Positions 10,188 through 19,051 of a DNA stretch of 64,000 nt are shown here, in pieces (position 1 is the stretch's first letter; each line of letters opens with the position of its first letter). Source of the stretch: Mantamonas sphyraenae STR306. Taxonomy: Eukaryota; Protista; CRuMs. The DNA is taken from the NCBI GenBank assembly GCA_026936335.1, contig JAPMXV010000069.1, forward strand, positions 186,001 through 250,000, read 5' to 3'. The notes beneath the pieces were generated by a model that searched no databases, was not told where the DNA came from, and was given only the letters and a program-made list of their open reading frames with translations. Position numbers and translations under genes: made by a program.

Positions 10188-11472
10188 ATGGGTGGGCGGA
10201 ATAGCAAGTTGCGGGACAAGCTAAAGGACAAAGAGGTGAACGAGCTGGTTTCGGAAAGCCACTGTGGGTTGTGTGGAGGGGAGAGAGGCAAGAATGTGCG
10301 GAGGGTTTCGGAAGAGTCTGACAACACAGGGCGGATGTGGGTGGGTGTGGGACCACACAGTCAATGCGGCAGAGGTGAAGGCGCTTTACGAGCACTTCAA
10401 GTCGATCTCGTCGTCAATCGACAACGACGGGGTTATCGACATGGAAGAGTTCCAGCAGGCGCTGGGGTTGTCGGACTCGGTGTTTGCCAAGCGCATCTTT
10501 GGCGTGTTTGACGAGAACTCGGACCACGAGATCAATTTTGACGAGTTTGTGGCGGGGATGAGTGTGCTGTGCAAGGGCACGACGGACGAGAAGATGAAAT
10601 GTGAGTTGGTTGGGGCGTTGCGGGGCGTGGAGAAGGCAGGTCCCTGGAAAGAACGGCTCGGCAGAAGCTCTGGTGGCGCGACGGTGCAAGAGGGTGCAGA
10701 GGAGATGTGGACGCGCAGTGCATGGCGTGTGGTTGCATGGAGAGAGTCTGAGAGGGAGGGTTGCAAAGGTGGAACGAGCATGGATGGGTTTGTCTTGTGT
10801 GTGGAGAGGAAGGGCGGGAAAGGGGCCGTTTTCGGCGCGTGGGCGCTAATGGGTGCAGGGTGTCGTGAGCGAGGAGAGGATGGGGAGGGCGTTGTGCATA
10901 GGATGTGGGCACAGGCGTGAGAGGGTGGGTGTGGTGTGTGTGCGGCAGTGGGCAGGCAGTGCGAAAGGCGGGGGGAGGGGTGCAAGAGCAGAGGCGGAGG
11001 GCAGGGATGAACAAAGGGGCAAAAAGGAAGCTTGCGCGGCCAGGGACTGACACGGAATCGGATCGGTGTGCACGACGGCGGGGCTGTGTGTTTGCTGGGC
11101 AACATAGTCTCGTTTGCAATTTATGATATTGACGGAGACGGACACATTGACAAGGACGAGCTGTTTGAAATGCTAAAGGCGTCGTTGAGCGAGAACTACC
11201 TGGTGGATCTGAGCGACCAGCACCTGCGCTCGCTGGTGGACGCGACATTCAGCGAGGCGGACGAGAACGACGACGGAAAGATCTCGTATGAGGAGTACAA
11301 AATCATGGTGGGGAACCACCCGTCGATCATCGACAACATCAGCATCAACCAGAGTGTGCTTGAGCTGCCGAACAACAGCAACAGTAGCAGTAGTAGTAGC
11401 AGCAGCAGCAGCAGCGGGGGTTCGGGGAGGAAGCGATTTGGGAGTGTGGGGGGAAAGGGGAAAAGGAGGTGA
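10188..11472 (+). CDS. Calcineurin B-like (CBL-type) EF-hand Ca2+ sensor, N-myristoylation signal; introns 10264-10360 and 10601-11107
   Basis: Spliced product MGGRNSK...[37 protein letters not shown]...KFSFAIYDIDGDGHI with four EF-hands. Both GT-AG introns restore the frame. Confidence 0.88.
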
Positions 11473-11519
11473 AGGTGAAAGCCTCATGTTCATGGATTGC
11501 ATTGCATTGCCGCCGCCGC

Positions 11520-13724
11520 TCAGTACTCGTCGTCGTCGTGGGGCTCCAGAATGAGACGCTTCTTGCCATGGTAGTTCTTCTCGACGGGCAGGGGCTCGTG
11601 CAGCTTGGCCTTTTGCACCTCGAGAAACTGGAGGGCCATGGCCTTTTCGGTCGCAGTCATCTTTGTGTCGTCGCGCCTGCGCTGCTTCTCGGCGTCGGCC
11701 ATTTGGTTCTCGAGCTCGTTCTTGAAGCGGCGGGTCTGCGCCTTGCGCTGCTGGGCCTTGCGCTTCTCTTGCTCCTCAAACTCGATGCGCTCGTTCTCCC
11801 ACTCCTGGACCTGGCGCTCCCACTCGCGCTTCTCTTGCTCCTCACGGCGCTTCTTCTCCTCAAGCTGTGCGGCGAGGACGGCTTTGGTGCGCTCGTTCTC
11901 CTCCTTGATGCGGCGGCGTCGCTCCAGCTGGACCTGGCGCTGCTGCTCGTCGTAGGCGGCCTGTTCGCGAGCGGCACGCTCCTCGTCCTCACGCTCCTTC
12001 TCCTCCATGGTCTTGCCAACCTTCATCTCGTAGTGGCGCATGCGCTTCTTCTGATTCTCGAGGCGCTGGTCGAGAGCAGCCTGGCGAGCGGCCTCCTGGG
12101 CCTCGATGAGGCGGTCGTACTCTTCCTGTGCGCGCCTGTCCTCCTCCTGGATCTGTTTCATCTCTTCCTTCTTGATTTCCCGCTGGCGCTCGTTCTCCTC
12201 CATGACTTTGCGGAAGTGCTCCTTCTGGGCCATCTTGTTCTCCAGACGTTGACGTTCCTCCTCCTCCAGCTCGCGCTGGATCTCGGCCAGCACCTTTTCC
12301 TCCTCTTCCAGGCGCTTGCGGCGCTTCTCTTCCTCCAGCTGGCGGGACAGCATCAATTGCCGCTCGCGCTCCTCTTTGATCTGGTGGTCACGTTCCAAGC
12401 GGGCCTGTTCCTTGGCCGCCTCTTCTGCTTGGTACGCGAGGAGCTGTTCCTGTTCCATCTTGGCGTACATCTGGAGTAGGGATTGGTTAGGGATTGGTGT
12501 GGGATTGGTGTGGGATTGGAGTTGGGGGTGGTTAGTGTGGGTGGTAAAAACAAAAAGGAATTGTGTTGATCGGGGCACAGGTTGGGCAGGTTGAGACTCA
12601 GAAAAGAACTGTCTAATGGTATTGATGCTTGTTTCACTGAGCTGACCGCGAACGGGGCTCTCGAAAGTAGCTGGTTCAATATCTTTCATCATAGTCAACG
12701 GCACACGCAGGGAATTGTGGCAGGGAAAGGCATACAGAGGCATGCAAAGGCGAGATGAAGGCGGATGGGAGGGTGGGAGCATGAGAGCATGAGAGCATGG
12801 GAGCATACCTCTTCTTCCTCCTTGCGCTGCTTGCGGATGCGTTCCTGCTCCTGGCGCTGCTGGTCGAGGATGTCGCGAAGACGCTGCTTTTCGCGCTCGC
12901 GCACCTGGATCTCACGCTGCTCGCGTGCGAGCTGGGCCTGGAGAGCGGCTTCCTCGAGCTTGCTCCACTCATCCTCATCTTCATCTTCGCCGAGCGTAAG
13001 GACGGCGTCGATGGAGCGGGTGGAGCGGGCGGTGCTCTGCTGGGAATCGTCGCCGCTCACTTGCGACCGGGCCGACTTTCGATCGCTTTGGCTGACGTCG
13101 GAGCGCTCGGAGCGTGTGGAGCGTGCCGACTGGCGGCCAGTGCTGCGAGCAGAGGATGCACCTGCGTCGCGTGCAGAGTCCTGCTGTGTGTCGGGGTGGG
13201 GGAAAGGACCGGGAGGTAGGGGACGGGGCGGTGTGAGGGGTGGGGGCACATCTTGCGGATGTCGCGCAACGGTCGGAAAACGCGGAGGCGGGGCAGCGCG
13301 GCAGGGCGCAGGAGGGAGGGGCAGGGGAGGCAGATGCAGGGACATTGGGCTAGTGGATGGCAGTGGAGGTGCAGGGGCGTGCGGAAACAGGGGTGGGTGT
13401 CCGCGAGTAGGCGTGCAGGAGAGGCTGCGCGGAAAGGGGCAAGAGGGGTGATTCGGCCCGTTGGAAAAAGACGGGTACCTTTTGACTGCGAGACGAGGAG
13501 ACGGAGGAGCTTCCGCGCTGGCGGCGGATGGCCTTTGTGATGTTGTTGAGGTGGGCATTCTGCACAGAGCCTTTGGCCATAGCCTGGTCGAGTTCGCCGC
13601 TGGCAAACATGACCTCGTCGCCCTCGAGGCCGGTGCCCGTGCCCTTGATGAGCTTGTCGTTGATGCGGTTGAGAAGGTTGTTCTTCAAGCGCAGTTTGCG
13701 CTGTTCCGGCAGTGTGGGTGCCAT
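11520..13724 (-). CDS. E/R/K/Q-rich coiled-coil protein (trichoplein/CFAP45-like composition); introns ~13181-13478 and 12471-12808
   Basis: Three segments (MAPTLPEQRK...RSQK / DSARD...EEEE / MYAKMEQE...DDEY) are joined by phase-0 GTACCC...CAG and GTATGC...CAG introns. The family call rests on composition only. Confidence 0.7.
12590..12699 (-). ncRNA. Intronic box C/D snoRNA, predicted LSU rRNA 2'-O-methylation guide
   Basis: Box C ATGATGA (12686-12692), box D CTGA (12598-12601) and terminal stem GTTGAC/GTCTCAAC. A 12-nt element is complementary to conserved LSU AGUAGCUGGUUC. It is an AT-richer island on the sense strand of the host intron. Confidence 0.85.
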
Positions 13725-13898
13725 GCGGTGAGAATTGGGATTGGGTGCAGGGTTTTGTTTGGGGGAAGGAGGGTGGGGCGAGTGAAATGGTTCATTCGGA
13801 CAGAGGTTGGATGATGAAAGGGGAGGGGCGTGTGGGGCGGGAAGGGAATGTGGGAAGAGCTGGGTAGGGGAGTGCGCGCTGGGTGGGGCAACAGTGAC

Positions 13899-15608
13899 AT
13901 GGACGACATTGTGAAGCTGAACATCGGCGGGCGGCGGTTCACGACGACAAAGGGTACGCTGGTGCGGGGAGAGGAGGATGGGAACTTCTTTGTGGGACTG
14001 GTGGAGGGATTGGTGCCGTCTGTGAAGTTGGAGGACGGGGTGGAGGGTGACGGGAGTGGGGAATTCTTTGTGGATCGGGACCCGGAGTACTTTGGGGTCA
14101 TTCTCCACTACCTGCGCACAGGGAACCTGACGGTGCCGGAGGATATGGACGTGCATGCGTTGGTGGAGGAGGCAGACTTTTACGGGGTGGGGCGGCTGCA
14201 GGAGGAGCTGAACAAGTCGTTGTACGAAGAGGCGTGCAGCGGGGACTACCTGGGCAGCCTGGACGGGACAGTGGGGGAAGAGGTGAAGCACGTGGCGTAC
14301 GACGGCCAGTATGTGGCCGTGTGCACAGGCAGCGGCAGGCTGGTGTGCTACACCCAGACGCGCGTTGGGTGGAAAAAGATGTTTGAAGCCGGTGGGGTTG
14401 CAGAGAACGAGGAGGTGGTGGTGGCGGTGGACGAAGACGATGTGGTGGAGGTGGAGGTGGAGGGAGGCGCTGTGGATTTGGCACAGTGCGACGGACTGTG
14501 CATCAGCAGCCCTGCGCTGGACTACCTGGACGACGGGTTGGCGGAGGAGGGAGGGGAAGACGACGCAGAGAACGCCGTGTTTGAGATGAATGTGGCACGT
14601 GCACTGAAACGGAAAAAGGTGTATCTGGCGGCACGGGTGGGGCCAGAGATCCACATCTGGGAGTGCTTGGGAGGGGAGAAGCTCGGGGTGGTTGCGCTGG
14701 AAAGCGCAGAGGACATGGACTTGATGTTTACGTGGGTGCTGAAGGGCACAGACGTGCTGGTGACGGTGGGCTCGTCGGGCAACGTGGCAGTGGTGTTTTT
14801 CACGGGCGATCAGGAGGCGCTGCGACACCGGCAGATTGCGAGCGGGACACGGATCACGGCGACGGCGGCGTCGATGCAAGGGGAGCTGTTTTATGCAACG
14901 TGCGAGGGGAAGATCATGCGTATTATGCCGTGGAGCAACAACTCGCTGGGTCTGGTGTACGACACGAGCCAGGACGACGAGCTGGGCGAGGTGGGGGAGG
15001 AGATCACAAGCCTGGCGGTGCGCACAGGAGACTATGCGTACACGACGTACCACCGAAGCAAAACAGTGGTTGCGTACGGGACACGTCGTGGCGTAGTACG
15101 GGTGTTGGGGCCAATTGCAAACGAGCAGCGGAACTACGACTTTTACTGCTTGCACACGCTGCGTGCACACCGGGACGCAGTGGGCTCCATTCACTTTCGA
15201 TCGGGCCGCATGATTGTACGCAGCGAAAGCGGACGGGTGCGTGTGTACCAAGTGCCGAAGGTGGCGTTGAATCTGCGGAAGCAGCGTGTTCGCACGGAAG
15301 TGACGTATGCGCTCGACGGGAGCGAGGTGGCATTGGGGCCAGTGTACGGCGTGCGTCATGCAATGAGTGTGGAGCATGGGTTGTTTCTGGTGTTGGATGG
15401 CCCACGATGTGTGGTGTACGACGCCGAGAGTGGGGAGCGGCTGCGCGTGCTGCTTGCGGTGGACGGCAGCCGTGTGCTGGATGCCATGGTGTCGCAGCCG
15501 TTGCCTGGAGTGGAGAGCTTTCTCGTGACGGTGCATGGGAGCGGCAGCGTGCAGGTGTGGGATGTGGAGCGGGTGATGGGTGGAGAAGGTGAGGGTGAGG
15601 GGAGGTGA
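13899..15608 (+). CDS. T1-type BTB/POZ + WD40-like propeller protein (KCTD3/SHKBP1-like)
   Basis: N-terminal IVKLNIGGRRFTTTKGTL...FFVDRDPEYFGVILHYLRTG...EEADFYG, followed by beta-rich repeats ending GSVQVWD. Confidence 0.85.
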   Translation: MDDIVKLNIGGRRFTTTKGTLVRGEEDGNFFVGLVEGLVPSVKLEDGVEGDGSGEFFVDRDPEYFGVILHYLRTGNLTVPEDMDVHALVEEADFYGVGRLQEELNKSLYEEACSGDYLGSLDGTVGEEVKHVAYDGQYVAVCTGSGRLVCYTQTRVGWKKMFEAGGVAENEEVVVAVDEDDVVEVEVEGGAVDLAQCDGLCISSPALDYLDDGLAEEGGEDDAENAVFEMNVARALKRKKVYLAARVGPEIHIWECLGGEKLGVVALESAEDMDLMFTWVLKGTDVLVTVGSSGNVAVVFFTGDQEALRHRQIASGTRITATAASMQGELFYATCEGKIMRIMPWSNNSLGLVYDTSQDDELGEVGEEITSLAVRTGDYAYTTYHRSKTVVAYGTRRGVVRVLGPIANEQRNYDFYCLHTLRAHRDAVGSIHFRSGRMIVRSESGRVRVYQVPKVALNLRKQRVRTEVTYALDGSEVALGPVYGVRHAMSVEHGLFLVLDGPRCVVYDAESGERLRVLLAVDGSRVLDAMVSQPLPGVESFLVTVHGSGSVQVWDVERVMGGEGEGEGR

Positions 15609-15652
15609 GTGATGATGCGATTGTTGGGAACGGACTGTCCGCGCGAGGGGAT

Positions 15653-16223
15653 TTATGATGATGTTGTGGAGGTGGTGCTGGCTGTGCTGGCTGTGTTGGA
15701 TGTGCTGGCTGTGATGAGATGTTCTTCTTTGTCGAATACAGAGCCTGTGTGGCGGAGTTGGATGAGGTCGTTGAGGACAGCCTCGACTTTGGCAAACTGC
15801 TTCTTGTCCTTGTCCTTGGCCATCATGTTGACGAGAAGCATGGTGTCTGTGGGCACAATGTCACCTTGGTAGGTGTGACCCTTGATGTCCATGAGGACGG
15901 CGGAGGAGGAGGAGGAGGAGGACGGGAGGACCTTGAGGCGGCCGACCTCGCCTGTGTCGCCGCGCAGGTCGATGGCGTGCTTTGTGTCGGTTTGGATAAT
16001 AAAGTGGCGCAGACTGACGTTTGTGGGGATGCGCAGAGGCAGGCGCGTGGCCGGGGCTGAGGCCTTGGCGCGTTTGGCGGCGGGTTTCTTTGTGGACGTG
16101 GAAGCAGCCGCCTTTTCAGAAGGAGCGGAGGAGTGGTCGCTGGCGACGCTGGAGTTGTCATCGGCGTCTTGCGAGTCGTCGTCGTCGTCGTCTTCGTCAC
16201 GGTGCTTGCGTTTGCTGGGGCAT
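15653..16223 (-). CDS. BIN4: BIN4/MIDGET-like topoisomerase VI accessory subunit (5' end uncertain)
   Basis: Manual translation upstream of the 79-aa ORF gives LPLRIP...AIDLRGDTGEVGRL...LMDIKGHTYQGDIVP...AKVEAVLNDLIQL. This matches the plant BIN4 C-terminal domain as recalled (IDLSGDMGAVGR...LDLKG.IY...AKIEAIMNDFIQL). The ATG at 16223 is out of frame by 1 nt. Confidence 0.8.
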
Positions 16224-16262
16224 GGGGGGAAATGGGTTGGGGGGACCGGGGGGGGGAGGCAG

Positions 16263-16397
16263 GCCGACCGTAGACAGGCCAGCTATGACACTCTCATCAT
16301 GCACAGTGGCATGTGTCAGAGAGCATTGTGTGACTGTTCAGGGAGTCTTCCTCGGTGGACAACTATGTTCACCGAGCTGTTCTCCGAGCGGGTCGGC
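16263..16397. other. Candidate structured RNA element with a kink-turn
   Basis: Closing stem GCCGACC/GGTCGGC and an 11-bp hairpin at 16351-16376. Minus-strand K-turn at 16291-16323 (CTGA...ATGATGA with both flanking stems). Confidence 0.5.
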
Positions 16398-16409
16398 AAC
16401 TGAATTGTC

Positions 16410-16763
16410 ATGAGCACGGAGAGCAAGGCGTTTGCACCGGTGGCAGGGAATGTGATCTACGTGGTGAATCTGAGCATCGACGAGGACACGGTGGAGGCGT
16501 TTCTGGGGTGGCTGAAGCCACACGTGGGTGAGATGTTGGAACTGCCAGGGTTTGTGGCGGCGCAGGTGTGCAAGCGAGAGGATTTGGTGGAGGCAGAGGG
16601 TAATGGACGCGTGGGCTACACGTGCATGTATGTGTTGGAGGACAGGGCGGCCATGCAAGCATACTTTGACGAGCACGCGGCGACGATGCGTGGGGACGGG
16701 GTCAAGCGTTTTGCGGGCAAGTTTGAGGCTGTGCGGAGCGTGCTGGACGTGGGAGAGGAGTGA
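16410..16763 (+). CDS. DUF4286-family small protein (dimeric alpha/beta barrel-like)
   Basis: 117-aa intronless ORF with the pattern VIYVVNL..FLGWL..HV.EML.LPGF..YTCMY..YFDEHA..MR...KRF.GKF..R.VL. Confidence 0.75.
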   Translation: MSTESKAFAPVAGNVIYVVNLSIDEDTVEAFLGWLKPHVGEMLELPGFVAAQVCKREDLVEAEGNGRVGYTCMYVLEDRAAMQAYFDEHAATMRGDGVKRFAGKFEAVRSVLDVGEE

Positions 16764-16835
16764 GGAAGAGGGGGAAGGAGAATGGAGTGTGTACGCGAAA
16801 AATGGAACCCATCATGAGTTTACTGTGGCTATCAA

Positions 16836-19005
16836 TCACAACGTGAGCGAGGAGGCAAGGAGGACGAGTGCAACCAGGGCAGCCACAGAGACGGAGAGGT
16901 GGGAGGAGGCACTCTCGAGCGCAAAGGTGTAGACGTCGGACTTGGAGGCGCCACGCATGGAGCTGCTGACGGCGACGCCAACCTTGACGTCCTTGTCTTT
17001 CTGGCCGGAATAGGCCGGGGTTGTGCAGGTGATGCTGTTGCCGTCGGAGGCTGCAGACACGCTGCTGCAGGCCTGGCCGTTCAGGTGGACGGCAGTCATG
17101 GAGGCAAGGTGGGTGCCCTTGACGGTGATCTTTGTGCCGCCTGTGATGGAGCCCTTGGACGGGGAGATCTCGGAGATGGTGGGCCAGGTGGAGGTGTCCT
17201 TGGCACGCTGTGCGGTGCAGACCTCGGTAGCAGCCGGGCAGGTGAGGGTGCCGACAAAGCCAACCACAGAGGTGTCGCCTGCAGCGGTGCACTCGAACCA
17301 GGAGTTGCCTGCGCGGAGGTGGAGGTGGACGACGTTAGGGTCGGTGGCGTCTGCGACACAGGCGGTCTGGAAGCAGGTGCCGGATGCAGTGCTGGGCACG
17401 GTGTACTCTGAGGTGATGAGCTTGCTCTCAAAGCAGCGGGAGGCGTTGTTGTAGTTTTCGCCGCGGGCATCCTGGAACTGGGACGGGTTTGCGGGGGCAA
17501 CCAGGCAATTGCCGTTGCTGAACGGCTGTGCAAAGGCGCAAAAGTCGGCGAGGGCATTTGTGCCGCCGACGGTGGGGCGGTTGGCGTAGTACTGGTACCA
17601 GGGGTCGGTGCAGATGGCGTCGGTGTCGGAAGTGCCGCAGGTGTACTGCTGAACGGGGCAGTAGCCCTTGAAGGTGCGATCCTGAGTGCAGGTGCTGGGC
17701 CAGGAGGTTTGGGGCAGGGTGGCGGGTGCGGAGCACTGGGTGTAGCCGTAGCCGGTCCATGCGTCGCAGCGGCCGGTGGCAAAGGCGCAGCCCTTGCGGT
17801 AGCCCCAGGTGAGGGTCTCTGCCTTGAAGGAGGCGGAGCGCTTGTACCAGCCGCTGTCCTCGAGGGCAGCAAAGGTGAGGCCGGTGATGACGGGAGGCAG
17901 GGTGCCGGTGGCGCCGGTCATGAGGGCGTTGTTGAAGAGACGGGTCTCCCAGTGGGAGCCAGCGGTGCCTGAGGAGCCGCCGTTCTCGATCTCGGGGCCA
18001 AGGAGAGTGGGGCAATTGAAGTGATCGCGAGCCCAGGCGACGCTCTGGGGACCATCGAGGTAGGAGATGGTGTGCGTCATGGAACCCTGGGTGTAGTTGT
18101 GCTCCTTGATGGGCTGGGTGATGTTCCACTCGGAGAAGCGGTCCTTGCTGAAGCCGAGGACGTGGATGATCTCGTGGAGAGCCACCTTGTTGGCGCGGTC
18201 GAGAGCGACGCCCGTGGCGGCGGGATCGACGGCGCCGGGGCCAAAGTTGAGCTGGCCAGCGATGGCACGGCCGTTCTGGTCCTTCTGGCACATGGAGGCG
18301 TAGGCAATGGTGTTGCCGAGGTGGGAGGTGGGATGTGCGGAAATGAGCAGGACGAGGTCGGTGTTGGGAGAGCCGCCCTGACTGGCGAGGTAGTTTCCTG
18401 GGACGGCGACACCGCCCTGGGAGCCACAGCGCGTGTTGTTGGTCAGATTGAGGGCTCCCTGGACGGGAGCGACCTCGAGCCAGGCACGAAGCCAGCCAAC
18501 GGCGACGTTGACGGTGTCGACAATGGCAGTGCGCTTGGCGGCGGTGAGAACGTCTTTGGCGGCGCAGGTGGCAGTGGTCTCTTGGTTCTGTGCGTTGAGG
18601 ATCTTGACAGAGTCACCGGTGGCGTAGCAGGTCCACTGAGGATCGTTGTCGAGGGTGGAGAAGTCGACGTGGACGCGGATGGGCGAGGTTTGCGATGAAG
18701 CGAGCAGGCGGCGGGAGGGGGCGGGAGAGTTCCCGGACGGGAGCGCGTAGTTTTGGGGCACGGTGGTCACGCCGTGGTGGGTGGCCTGGTGTGCTTCGTT
18801 GTCATGCAAGCAGTGGTGTGCAGACACCTGGGAGGAGGCCAGGAGGAGGAGCAGGGTGGCCAGGATGGGGAGCAGGGTGGAATCTGGGAAGGGGGAAGGT
18901 GGGTGGGGGGGGATTAGGGATTGGGATTGGGATTAGGGAAAGGGGAGAGGGGGGGGGGGGGAGGAAGGAGGGGGGGGGGGGGGAGGAAGGAGGGGTCGTA
19001 CTCAT
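16836..19005 (-). CDS. Leishmanolysin/GP63-family (M8) zinc metalloprotease with C-terminal IPT/TIG domain and GPI-like tail; intron 18884-19001
   Basis: HEIIHVLGF, EIENGGSSGTAGSHWE, LMT Met-turn and LEDSGWY. IPT motif ISPSKGSITGGTKITVKG. A 4-nt first exon ATGA plus a GTACGA...CAG intron gives the signal peptide MNSTLLPILATLLLLLASS. Confidence 0.92.
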
Positions 19006-19051
19006 TGTGGGTTGTGGGTTGAAGAATTCCAGAGCGGTTTTGTTGGATGTG

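Noticed and set aside
12775-12806. 8-bp ATGCTCTC-like tandem repeats at an intron start, and CATTGCT repeats at ~35318-35340
   Set aside because: Short simple slippage repeats with no further structure.
16263-16397. Identification of the structured element as an HDV ribozyme, U3, RNase P/MRP, SECIS or TPP riboswitch
   Set aside because: Required elements (P1.1/J4-2, terminal box D, P4 partner, SECIS polarity, TPP core) are not present.
18911-18940. TTAGGG-like motifs (also 12487, 53522, 56922, 61955) as interstitial telomere repeats
   Set aside because: Single or degenerate copies on a G-rich strand. No array is present.
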